A stretch of DNA of 63,979 bases, filler included, from Basidiobolus ranarum (GCA_040143965.1; 4 parts of 4 records of this genome joined end to end with filler, not necessarily neighbours in it); one strand, 5' to 3'. Positions 37,580 through 49,960 are shown, counted from the whole stretch's first letter. Program-made: numbers and translations. Notes: generated by a model not told the origin, from the sequence alone.

Positions 37580-40500
37580 ATTATACAAGCTTAGCACCAC
37601 AAAGAAGAGAACAAGAAGTCAGAGCCGGAGAAAGGATTAGTGGGTCAATAATAATAACAAGTGTTAAGGAGGGGTCCCATATCGATACATGTAGACTTTA
37701 TAAGAAAGGAGCCTGGATAGAAAACTCCACCGAATTAGTATGTGATAGACTAAAAAGGAACATTGCATAATGATTTATTTGATGACACCTCTTTTGTATG
37801 AAGATTAAACGAATCATTGGTACGACAGACAAATATGGTTGTTCGTATACTCTGAACGGATGCGATGGCTAATTTGATATCGTTTAATCTCCATCCTTAC
37901 TCATCTGTGGAAATCCAGAGCCAACTATATGACACAATGTAGATTTACTGTTACGATCGCATCTCGTAACCCAATTGGCTTGTCATTATAAGCTCTGGAC
38001 CACAACGTAGGAATTTATACAAAACACTGAAAGTTCATGGCGAGCTGATTACGCATACAAATTGTTATACCCGGAAAGATCTTGTTCTTCCTAAAAGCTA
38101 CACAGGATGCCATGCGTCGATAAACCTGCTACTGACCACTGCTCAGTGCCCAGTGCTTATCTTACTGGATAAATGATAGGGCGAATGTTTTTATAGTTTA
38201 CTTGATAATAATGATCGTTCATAGGTTTCCACCCCTCAGAGTTTACAGGGCTAATGAGCTGTGTGCTGGGGGGTCTGGTCATATTCCAGTTACTTGAGTC
38301 TGATTCTTATTCGGCTTCGAAAATCCCAAGCTGGAGATGGAGCTGGGATGACCGCTAATTATACATCAGTATTTCCCTTTCCTGATAGGCTAGAGTTTCT
38401 TTGGTAATCTTATTGGTTGTGTAGATAGCCTTCGGATTGTAATTACCTCTAATTACCTCGTATCAAACGGTAATGAGTCTATGTAAGGTAAAAAGAGGAG
38501 ACATGGGCCACGGGCGTGTTTATCGAGTATTGTATTAACTAGCTCAATGGCTATGTATGAGCTCGACCAGTTTCGGATCTACTTGACTGCTAGATATTCT
38601 CTGCAGATTATTTACACTGCTTAGTATGAACACTGAATCATATATTTGGCAGGAGAATTATAGTTTCCTTCGTTCTAAAGTACTAGTGAATTCATTACTA
38701 TTGTATATATCGGTTTCCAGAGATATCCAAGATGAGCTTGCTTTTGTTCCGGGAGAAAAAGAGATTGGGAGCTTTAGTTAACTATGGACATGATATATTT
38801 TGTGACAAGTGTGTGAATTCACCATAGTGTTTTATTATGGCTCATATGGTGCTTACAACTTAGTCGAAAGCTGATAGGACAAATTGGCAGGTATGTCATA
38901 TAGGATGCTGGATTATCTGCTCAGGCAAATTGAGCTAAAGATGTCAAGCATATTAGTACCAGACAATTTTAAAATATATCCCAAATATAGTAGATGCTTG
39001 AATACTCACATGTGTGTTCTTTTTAGAAATAACAAATGCCACTCAAATTGGAAGCCTTGGAGCTTCCGAACGCTTCTTCTAGCCTTAATTAGGTAGCGTA
39101 CATTGATGATCAATTGCTAACTAATTACACATATCCAAATGGTAGATATAAGGGTTCCATGGCCAACTGTTGAAGTGTCGCAATTAAGCACCTAAATATA
39201 CATATATCATGTTTATTATGTCTAATGTTCATCAAGTGAAGATTTCATATAATTACCCTAAACACTGTTGTATATCTCAAGTACTTGTAACACTAAGGTA
39301 CAAAGCTCGAAACAAATTTAAATCCTTTTCACTCTATCGCATTCACAAGAAATGTGTCAGTCAATTCAAAACACTGAAATTTTCTTCTAGGCAAATTAAG
39401 GGAATATAATGGCCAATGGCGCCAGACGTAGAACTAGTTGGTGGAATGACAATACCTGCACATAATTACAACCTATGAATTCATTTAGTATTGAATCTGA
39501 ATCCAAGCCTAGGCACTATATTGTGTGAGAGGTACTATTTTACTTACCATTCATAGATACAAGATCATAGAAGTTGAACCATAGAGTACTGAAGAATGAT
39601 TATATGGTCTAATGCGTCTAAAATTGGTCTTTGGAATTGCTTATAATGTAGCCAGATAAGTGCCAGTACGATTAGCCATTTTAGAGCTAATTTAAACTTT
39701 GCTAATTCACAGTTACTCAATGTTTACAAAAAATATATGATTAAATCTCAACCTGGCCGTAGATGGATAAATATTTATTCCATAAGGGCCAGAGCTTTTA
39801 GACCTTGACTAAAAATGATAGAATAAAATCGATCGAAGCTGATAATGCATGAGGGTACTTGATAGTGACACATAAATCTTTCCATCCAACACGATATATA
39901 CGACACATCAGGCACAATAAGGTGAAACAAGTCCAGTAAACACCTAAAGTCATAGTTTTCTGCCAGTGTACTCCTTTGAGGTATCTTGCAAGTCAGCTCT
40001 GTATGCATGATACACAAACTGATATTGACCTTCCAGAGCGGAGTATGAAATATTTGACAAGGGAAGGCCCAGCAGCAACGATTTAGACTGTAATTCACTC
40101 GATCAATAGTAGCAATTTAATAAGTATTTACAAAACCATTAACAGCCTGATTTCACCTGATAAATAAATTTTCTCCACTTTTTTCTCCTGAATTTGTCTG
40201 TTAATTTATACCAAAGTCAAGGGTTCCTGGATTAGGTAAAGGGACTCATTAAAGGGTGACATCAGCTAATAATGTATCTATGTGATAGATGATATAGGAA
40301 GTATTGAAGACACTGGTATCATTACTTCCGGTTCAGATATATTAGTAGTAATTTATGGTAGGCCACACTGCTTACCTGATAACTAATGTCTTGTGTCTAC
40401 TTCAACTCTCTACCACAAAGTGATATGAAAATATTTTATTGGGACAAAAGATGATAGGCTGTCATGATTCAGCAGAGTGACTTTTGAATTCAGAATAATA

Positions 40501-41057
40501 TAGGTTCAAGTATGTTCACAAGAATTATATCTTTCAATCAAATATGTTGATTTCATTGACGACATGAAAAAGGCATATGTATTTGCTTCGTTGTTGCGGA
40601 GATCGGGAATAATCATCGTTTTCTCAAAGCGGAAGCCATGGCCAAAACTTGATTAGCATCTCCAATCATTTGAAGGTATTTCGTACATGGTGAAGATTAA
40701 GAGAAAAGAAATACAGGATTTCATAAATAGTTAACTCGTAGTTATCATCACCATGCGGCCACAGGAATAAAATTAAACTTGAGATCTTAGGACTATTGCT
40801 TCTCACTTCAAAAAGTAGCATGCTATTCATTTCCTCTATCTCATCAATTTTGCAATCACGTTCTAAATCAATTTGTCACTACACCTGATGAGGTGATTTA
40901 GTGCCAAGTATTAATGGCGAATTGTTACCTATCTGGGTGTGGTTGCTTAGTGTATCACCTACAATCCCAACAGCAGATAGAGATAATCTAATTAAGTTAG
41001 TATATATGAGGACTTTCTTCTAAACTCTAATCTCAAGCTTATTAGTAAGGATATACA

Positions 41058-41896
41058 ATGAAACTCTTCACTACTGCACTTTTACTTGCCACAGTTTCCT
41101 TGGCACATGCGAGGAATAGCAGTAATGTCACTGCACCCAGTCCTACCATTCAATTGAAAAATACTGCGTATGGATAGTTTCTTTTGGAGAACTTTTCCCA
41201 ATCACTAACCTAAATTCATTTTCTAGCTTCCTCTTTCTCGATTTCCAAGAAGATATCGTTTCCGGGTGGAATAGCACCGATCCAAGAAAAGATCAGTTTT
41301 TGACCGCTTCACGTAAGCTCTTCCGCGAAGTGCATGGGAAAGGTCTTCCAGTGATTGCCGTAAAGCAAGAGGTACAGTTTACGTACGATAATGGAACTGT
41401 GAATTTTGACTAACTTGGAGAATTCAAAGTTTCGTGCTGGCCATATAGATATTCATCCCAACAATGCACTATTCCAACGTAGGAAAGTGGCAAATCAATT
41501 GGTTGAGGGTACTGACGGAGCGCGCTTTATCCGCGGTATGCGTCCACTCAAGGGAGACATTGTCATTGCTAAGCGACGTGTTGATGCGTTTTTTGGTACC
41601 GATTTGGATATAGTGTTGAGATCACTTAACGTCGAACATATTATCATTTCTGGTTGTTTTGCAACGTAAGTACTCTGAAATGAAACTGAATCAAGAGTGA
41701 GGCTTACTTTATTTTTTTCAGTGGCTCTGTATTTGGTACCTTACGCGGTGGTGTCGATCGTGACTATAAGGTTACTGTCGTCAAAGAAACCGCTAGTGAT
41801 GCTAACAGTGCCGCATGGGAATTGCTGACCACACGTATGATGCCCGCTCAAGGAAACGTTGTTAGCTTAGCAGATGTCTTGAGCTCATTGAACTAA
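41058..41896 (+). CDS. Isochorismatase-like (cysteine hydrolase fold) protein with signal peptide, 4 exons
   Basis: MKLFTTALLLATVSLAHA signal; FLFLDFQEDIV; DIVIAKRRVDAFFGTDLDIVLRSLNVEHIIISG; TLRGGVDRDYKVTVV; three GT-AG introns. Confidence 0.88.
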
Positions 41897-44800
41897 GCCA
41901 AGGAAATATATATCTAGATCGATAGATTTCTTCGTAGGATCACTTTACTTCAAATAAATCACTGGATTATGTTAGCCCTCATCATACGAATATAGTATTT
42001 ATCGCGTAGATCATATTCCTTCTATTCCATATATGCCAAGCAAGTAGCTTGGACCGGTGAATTAGTAGAATAGAACTTGCTCTATGATGCGAAACACCAG
42101 TCACGTTGATGATATAAATGCTCGACGACTTATAGGATAGGTGAACATTGAGATTTCAAGGAGTGACACATTCACTAACCATTTAAGGTATTAGTATTGA
42201 TTGTTGGTTCGATACTACATGAGGATTTACCCCCTTTAAACCATCGTACCATTCTACGCATGGATTAGTACGTGTTTTTCTTCTTGATTATCAATCTTCT
42301 GGATGGTTGACATATTCTATTGGTAAAAGCGCGACTGTCCAACATGGCACACACCCTAAGATTTAATTGTACGCCACTAACAATATCCTTATAAGTCATG
42401 ATCTCACGCTTCTGTATCACTTGAATTTCTAGTAACTTAATTGAATGCCATAATCACTATAGGCAATTGGTCCTAGTTTAATATGGTGACATAAAGAAAT
42501 GGAGCTCTTGAAAATCTCATGTTATCAAACTTTACTCAAGAATCCATATTGTGTGATTTTCTAAGAAACGTAGCAAGTCACAACTGCATACTATTATTCT
42601 CAAGTCGCATATTTAAAATATTAAAAATAGGATGCAATACTATTTCATTTCTCGGAAACAAAAACTGCCTGAATATTGAATACATTCAACACCCAACGAT
42701 CAGAACATTCAATCAGTCTCGATTAGTTTTCTGAAAATTAAGTAAAGGATGTTGTAGAGTTTACAATATTCAGTACGTCAATAAACTCCAGTAGAATAGT
42801 GAAACTACAACGAGAGAACATTCATCTCAAAAGCACTCTATTTCCCGTATATCAGCACTGAGGTGTAAATCGCAAGTTTAAGGATATGAATGGCATTTCA
42901 ATAGGAGTAATATTTGCGTTATATAGCATCATTACTTCACATCAGAAGCCTAGGAAAGAGGAAAAAGTTTGTGTTGAGTACTAACTATACTTGTGACAGC
43001 TGAATAGCAGGAGTAAAACCCGATAATAAATTCCAAAGCTTGTGGGCTTATTACTAGAGCATACTGTTAAGGTATGTCAATTAGACACAGATTCCAGTCA
43101 ACAGTCAAGTATAATAGTGATATTAGAATATTTCAGTGTAGGCCATAGCTTCATAGCTGAGAGCTCAAGAAGGTACAGACTACTATACTATGATAAAGAA
43201 AAAGAAAAGTCTTCCAACTTGGAAAGGTCATATGTATATAACAAAAATAGTGAAAGTATATTCTGCTCTATGCATGAAGTTTTTGGATAGATAATGGGTA
43301 GACTTGATCCCCAAAAGTACCTGAAACTGAATAAATTAAGAGCAGGGAGAATATCAGTAGTTTTGAATGCTAACAATATTCACCTCATGTGTAAACAAAC
43401 TGGGCAATATCAAAGTTATTGAAATTTTAGAATTTAGCAGACAATTGTGACAACCTTATCATCTGGTAGTAATTTATATTTTACAATCTAAGAAATTGTC
43501 GAATAAAAGCTATTTAGTTTAGCTTCTCTTTCATGAATTTATTACGCATCAAGCAGACCAATGTTAGGGTATTGAATGGTAGTAATCTTAAGCATGCTTA
43601 TTGTACGAACAAAGTTTGGAGAATGGTTCTTTGAAGAAAATCAGCATTTTTTGAAGCTCGAAATAGTTTACAAACTCTATCATACCCTACTATAGTTTGT
43701 TGAACATCGGCAAATTCCAGCAATAATTCCAAAACAAACAATATCATGGCTACTTTCTCAGAGTATAGAATTCTCTATTCTCAATATGCTCAACCTCTGT
43801 GAACTGTTAAGAAGTTCTCCAATTTGAACACAGATTATTGTTTCACTAATTTGGCTTTATGAGTACTTAATATACTCGCCTCTTCCCTATTAGAACATCA
43901 GAGCCAAGAAATATTTACCAGGGATAAAGTAATTAATGTAGGTTGTTGATCTTGGGAGGAGGCACAATGCCCATTTTTGATTACAAGGGAATAACTGTCA
44001 GGAGATTTCTTTTAGTACATATAATCATTAATTGAGTTAACAAGTGACTGAGACTAGATGTGGATTCACCTCATTGGATTGTACTACATTTCGCGTTTCG
44101 TATGATTTGGTCGATCGATCACTAATAAAGTTAAATCATTGTGACAAATGGCATGCTGAAATCGTCAAGTCTTTAATTGCTATTTCCAAATTGGTACATC
44201 GAAAGCAGTAGCAATGGGGTGAGGGGTTAGTTGGACATCATGAGAGCTCCTAACCCTGAGACCACTTGGCTTGAGCGTGGCGCTGTCCTAAACGATGATT
44301 TGTCACTCCACTCCCAAATGAGTGTTGCCACATCACGGGTAGAGTGAAAACGCTTAGTAAAGAATCGCACATGCAGCGATAAGTTGAGTTCCATGAACTA
44401 GCATTAACTACTGGAGTTTTTGCAATGGATGTAACATTCGAGCTGTGCACTTTGCATTTCCCAAGCCTGGTTACTTTCAAAAGAATTATTTCCTGATACG
44501 ACTTAAACAGCGGCTCCCAATCTGAATGGTATACAACTCTTTTCTCTTGAAATAACTTGTTTCATATAAGGTTGTTACGAAAAAATTTGTCTGATTGCCG
44601 TATTGGTGTTGGAGGGCTTGTCTTGCAGGTTACAAGTATAGAATTGCCCAAGTTTAGAAATTAACAATTTATTTTGATGACTGGGGATTGATGCGAGTCC
44701 AACATCCGAATTTTTCTATTGGATGCTTCGTAATCAATCCCATCCTCCAACATATTGACTGTTTGGATTCACCAGTGTAACTTCAGATCAAGCAAGATTT

Positions 44801-45069
44801 TGGCAAGAGGTTTCTTTTAAAAGTGACGGCATGGGCCTGTGAGAAATGTATAGGAGGCTTCAACTTCTCCACTTTGTCACCATCACAGTCTTGCATCCAC
44901 TTCGCTCTTTTCTTCTTAATTATCCAACACATTTACACCATACATCAAACAAATCTAGAGTCCTTGAACTCTAGTCATTTCACAGCTTAAGTACTGGAAC
45001 TTCAAATTGTGATTAGTCTTAATTCCGTATCCATATTTTGAAGTCAATCTAGTACAATAACCGCCTACG

Positions 45070-45654
45070 ATGCTGGATTTCAAAACGCACAAAATGGTGC
45101 TTTTGGGTGATGGAGGTGTTGGGAAGACGGCTTTGACATTACAGTTGTGCTCTGCTCATTTTGTAGAGAACTATAATCCCACAATTGAAAACGTTTACCG
45201 CAAGCAGGTGGTTATTGATGACAAGGCGTGTATTTTAGAAGTGCTTGACACTGCTGGCCAACAAGAGTATTCTACTTTACGAGAGCAATGGATACGCGAG
45301 GGAGAGGCCTTTTTATTAGTCTATTGTATAACTGAGAGGTCGTCATTTGAACGCTTAGAGGATATCCGACAACATATTACCAGTACAGTGGGTTCAAAAA
45401 CGACGCCAATGATACTAATTGGTAATAAATGCGACAAGACATCAGAGAGGCAAGTGACTCAGCAAGAAGGCTTAGCTATGGCTCGACGATTTGGATGCCA
45501 GTTTATAGAGAGCTCAGCTAAAACCGCAGTCAATGTTGAAAAGGCATTTTTTGCCCTAGTCCGAAGCTTACGCCAAGTATATGGGGATTATTATTCCAAA
45601 AAAAGGCCAAGTATCCGCAAAAAATTCAAGAAATTGAAATGTACTGTTATGTAA
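45070..45654 (+). CDS. Ras small GTPase (fungal Ras2-like), intronless
   Basis: G-box motifs GDGGVGKT, DTAGQ, GNKCD and ESSAK; polybasic tail and CAAX box CTVM. Confidence 0.95.
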   Translation: MLDFKTHKMVLLGDGGVGKTALTLQLCSAHFVENYNPTIENVYRKQVVIDDKACILEVLDTAGQQEYSTLREQWIREGEAFLLVYCITERSSFERLEDIRQHITSTVGSKTTPMILIGNKCDKTSERQVTQQEGLAMARRFGCQFIESSAKTAVNVEKAFFALVRSLRQVYGDYYSKKRPSIRKKFKKLKCTVM

Positions 45655-46459
45655 ACAACTCGTCTTCTACTACATTCAGAATAACACATTCACATGCAGT
45701 TTATTTTTTACATATGGTTATCCGATTCCAAAGGGTTGTTTCCCTCTAAGCATGTTCTATATCTCTTTCTACACTGTACTTTCTGTTTCTATCTTATGCT
45801 CCTTATTTTTGGAATTGTTTTTACCCCGGTGGTCCATTTTTTCACACCTAATTTATATTGATTTTGAACTATGTATCAGCTACTTATACATTACTATAAA
45901 ATACACTTAATTTTGCAGCTGAACTAAAATAATCACGTTCGATCACCTTCGCTCATCATATCCTTAAAATCCCACTTGATTCACTTTTGAATAATTGATG
46001 TTACACGACATATATCGTCAACCTCATCTCACTAGTACAAAGGATACGCATTTGGTCAAGTAATTAAGAGTTCTAAGGGTTGATTGGATATATTAGAAGC
46101 TAAAGAACAAATTGGAAGTAGAGATGAGAAGGTCACATACCGCTAGATGGGTAATGTTAGTCGGTACCAGTCATCATGCAAAAGACGTCGTCAATGCTAC
46201 CATTGAATAAGATCGCAAAGGTCTTGATAACGATTTCAGATGAAGCATTACACCATTTTCGGATAGGATTATCAATGACATGGATTGTACATAAGGATTT
46301 TTTCAACTCTATGGGTAATTCAATGTGTTTTATGCAAGTACAGGATTTTACTCTAATAGTAGACGATGTAAATTTTTTTTTGGACGAATCAAAATTAAAT
46401 TTTGGATGATACGAAAATACAATTGAGACAAAAAACATATTAGTTTAGACATGTTGAGG

Positions 46460-46560
46460 TTAATCTTGAGGCTTTTTTCCACTTACCTGTAAAAACCTTA
46501 ATCCCCTGGCCGAAGCCAAAGAAAACTGCGTTTGATACAGCGATTAAATGTGGCGCGAAT
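46460..46560 (-). ncRNA. Candidate Fanzor omegaRNA scaffold
   Basis: Directly 3' of the Fanzor stop: a GCTG..CAGT mini-stem, a TTCTTTGGC-TTCG-GCCAGGGGA hairpin with C(UUCG)G loop (46502-46522) and an AGGTTTTT..AAAAAGCCT hairpin (46469-46498). Boundaries are a guess. Confidence 0.45.
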
Positions 46561-47076
46561 GACAGAAAGGAATTGGCCGAACTCGTTCGTTGAGTATCTC
46601 ATTAGAGATATCATAAATATTTTGCGTGGCATTTACATCTCGGTTCCAGATCATCCCACAGCTTTGGCAAGCTAGGACGCTAACAATAAAGGCCATTTTG
46701 TCAACTTTACCTTTGACGTCCGAAATTCGTCAACATATACGACCAAAAGCCTTCTTTCTCTCGGCACTTTAAGAGGCGATATAGAGTTCCGGTTAAGCCT
46801 ACTTGGTGCCTGTTGATTTTCGATGAGTCCTTTCCCTTCATACCATTCCCGAAAGTAATACTAGGGGCTTTGTCCTTGTCATACTTGAATGACACTGACC
46901 TCCATCTACATGACATGATTGTATATGAGGTTTAGATATTTTTGGTAAAAAAAGAGATGCTGTGATATTTACCTTTCTTTATCCTTTTTTTCGGCCCTCT
47001 CTTGCCTTCTCCTTCCTTTCTTCTCTTTCGGTTCTTTTTTGAATAGTTCCTTTTTTTACGATTATACTTTCTTCCA
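46544..47076 (-). pseudogene. Fanzor (eukaryotic TnpB-like RuvC nuclease) 3' half, frameshifted
   Basis: Across frames: basic RKYNRKK..KKNRKRR, putative intron 46906-46972, WRSVSFKYDKDKAPSITFGNG, VVYVDEFRTSK (46711-46734), LACQSCGMIWNRDVNATQNI (RDVNA region 46628-46648), stop at 46544. Confidence 0.85.
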
Positions 47077-49527
47077 AGGATTTCTTAGTAATGCACAAGG
47101 TCATCTGCTCATGAAGTTTCTCAAATCATGAATACTTGCTTGTATCACCACATAAAAATGTGGAGTTGCGAATAGTTACCCTAAGTGCCAGACACTATAC
47201 TAGATAGTTAAACCACATAAATCACTATACTTGAAATAGTTCATTGGTGACAGGATTCGGCGTGCTAAACAGTGAACCTAATACGAGGCTTGAGACATTC
47301 CCTCTGAAAATGTTGCTCCCATGAATCTGATGGAAGTGATTTGCTTTGTTTACAATACTGGGTATATCCGGCTTGTAAAGTGTATGTTGATTGCTTTCTT
47401 TATTACTAATAGCATTGTAATGACATGATTGAATACGCAGTATTCAGCTACAAATCAATGATAAGTTATCCTGACCAAAATTTAGATCGAGTTATATACA
47501 ATAAATGTATTATAAATTATGCTTTAAGTTGCCAGGCTCTAATCGCGGGCCCACTCGGGGGTTAGGGTAAATTTGACTGTGGTGACTCTGGGTTTCTCGG
47601 GAACAGTATTAAAACCAACAGAGATAGCATCATCGAAGCTAACATTTCTTAATAAATCCTTTACTTTAGTCAAATCGCCTCCGCAGTCCAATAAGGACTC
47701 TCTCTTAAAATTTCCTGGATGTAAGAATAACTTCTCACTTAGAGCCGATTTTCCTATGCTTAAACATTTCTTGGGCGCGTTGGGGGTAGGGTCCAATAAA
47801 GGCAAGACGGATGGCCTTCTAGCTTGGTTGAATTTACCAGGTGTCGGGCATCCTTCGTATTCGTTGAAAGGCATCTCTTGAAGTAGAGGAAGGGCTGATG
47901 GTCTTCTTCCAGGATTGAATCCTTCCGGATAGGATTGGATCTCTTCTGATCCACAACAATATTGGAATACAGCTAGCAAATTCATTTTTAGAGAAAGAGT
48001 TTGAAGGTCACAAAATTAGAAGCAAGAGGGGAAATTTTGTTCGATGTATTTCTTTTGGCCAAGGAATTTATATGAAAAATAAGTGATGAAGCCTCTTAAT
48101 GTTGCTTAACTTTGGCTGTTGCTTGCATCAAAATCATTATGTAATGCAATAAACAAACGTTCTACACAGTTTTCTACATAGTTCTGTAAATTTGGCGATG
48201 TATACATGGATGCATAGAGGACTAGGAGTTCCTAGCGAAGAGTGCGACAATCCATCAAGCATATGATTGCATAAAATGGTTGGTGGTTTGTACAGGACAA
48301 GTTACGTTTGCCAATACAAGTAGTTCTGGGTTGAATGTGCATAGCTTCTATCTGTACATTGGTGATTTATCTGGATTATTATCAGTAGAATTCAATTTTC
48401 ACAATAGATGCATGTCTTACGCCTTTCGTAGTGTATTGGGCCATCAAGTTACATATTTTCTTGGTCAGCCTATTCTGATTTCAATGCATGAAAGGATTAT
48501 TGTTGGTATATTTAGTAGCGTAAAGCCATGTCCTCGGAAGACAGTTGCTGTGTGCAATTCTCTTTGATTACGTGATGCCACCGAGTGCTAGATTGCCAAC
48601 AGAAGAATGTAAATAAAAATCACCAGAAGTTGGAACAAAAAAGTACTTTGATCAGGATCCATTGCCGGATATCGGTGATGCAAATAGTTAATAATCTATA
48701 TCAATTGCGCGCATTGTTGATTTTCATTAAAATACTCCGTAAGCGTATGGTTGTTCGTTCGATCCGACGATTCTAATTGTATTACTACTGAATCACTGTA
48801 AAGGACGTTTCAAGATCGCTTACAATGAACTTATCGATTCCGCTTTCTATATGTAAGCAAGGTAGGTAACATGCAATACTCTTTCTAGCATTCATTAATA
48901 TATGCTCAACAGAGTCCAATAGCTTATCCCTAGACACCAGATTCATTATTCACGTACTGAGTCTACAAAGTCGCGACAACCAAGTGAGCTCTCTACAGCC
49001 ATTGTGATTCTCATGATTGAATCGGCTATTACAATGAATGGAACAGAGCTGCAATAGCTACTATTGTACATTTCCGTCGCCATGAAGGGTACTTTTGTTA
49101 AGCTACAATGATGTGAGAGTGAATAGGAACACATGATTTTGTCAAGGTGTACAATAACTTGTATAACTTTACAACAAAATTGGGGCTTCATAGAGTAATG
49201 GATGAAGACCGGACATAAATGGCTAATTGTGGAGTAGTCATGCTTTTTTTAGTCATGTCTGTCTAACTTACAGGATTAGAATGGCATTTACACACTTAGC
49301 TATGCTATATACCATATGTTCCAACCTTGGAAAAGCATTGCTAAACCAAGTGCAAAGTGTATATATTCTGACACAGATTCAATGATGGTTCGAAAAGAAG
49401 ATAAGAGATGCTGTGATATTGACCTTTCTTTATCCTTTTTTTCGGCCCTCTCTTACCTTCTCCTTCCTTTCTTCTCTTTCGGTTCTTTTTTGTATGGTTC
49501 TTTTTTTTACGATTATACTTTCTTCCA
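46952..49527. repeat. 125-bp direct repeat pair (46952-47076 and 49403-49527)
   Basis: aagagatgctgtgatatt...gattatactttcttcca occurs twice with about 5 mismatches counted by eye. Confidence 0.92.
47539..47985 (-). CDS. Hypothetical 148-aa protein with two RRPS motifs
   Basis: ATG-initiated intronless ORF with a TATA-like element ~80 bp upstream. Internal repeat FNPGRRPSALPLL/FNQARRPSVLPLL; C-terminal KFTLTP. Confidence 0.65.
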   Translation of the reverse strand: MNLLAVFQYCCGSEEIQSYPEGFNPGRRPSALPLLQEMPFNEYEGCPTPGKFNQARRPSVLPLLDPTPNAPKKCLSIGKSALSEKLFLHPGNFKRESLLDCGGDLTKVKDLLRNVSFDDAISVGFNTVPEKPRVTTVKFTLTPEWARD

Positions 49528-49860
49528 CCCTCTATCAAGACATTTACCATTTCTTCTTGCGCTCTCTGGCGTCCTTGATACAAATAGAACCTGTTTTTTG
49601 CAGTAGTACTACTATAGAAATCAAAGCATTTTTGCATGTTTGACTTTATGTATTTGAGGTAAGTAACATACTTTTGCAGTGAAACTGTTTTGGCAGTCGG
49701 TTTATTTGTGATGATGGCCAGCGTATCTTCATTTCTAGCTCTTTCAAGTTCTTCCTTTGCCAATCTTGCAGAACCAGAGCACACATCATACTCTTTTCTT
49801 GTAAATCTTCTTATCTGGTATTTTCCATTTTCACCACCAGACCCAAGAGCGACCAGGGTC
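49403..49860 (-). pseudogene. Fanzor central portion (RuvC-I to basic region), cut by contig end
   Basis: Begins GAC CCT GGT CGC (DPGR) at 49860. After a frameshift it reads GSGGENGKYQIRRFTRKEYDVCSG...PTAKTVSLQKYVTYLKYI...FDFYS...RFYLYQGRQRAQEEMVNVLIEGGRKYNRKKK, and it overlaps the 3' fragment by 125 bp. Confidence 0.8.
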
Positions 49861-49960
49861 NNNNNNNNNNNNNNNNNNNNNNNNNNNNNNNNNNNNNNNN
49901 NNNNTTAATTAATTAANNNNNNNNNNNNNNNNNNNNNNNNNNNNNNNNNNNNNNNNNNNN
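49861..49960. other. Artificial assembly spacer
   Basis: N44-TTAATTAATTAA-N44. Confidence 0.97.

Noticed and set aside
46176-46409. FLDESKLNF resembling a Tc1/IS630 DDE motif next to the Fanzor
   Set aside because: A single short motif followed immediately by a stop, with no second or third catalytic motif or TIRs visible, so it cannot be called the Fanzor's transposase.
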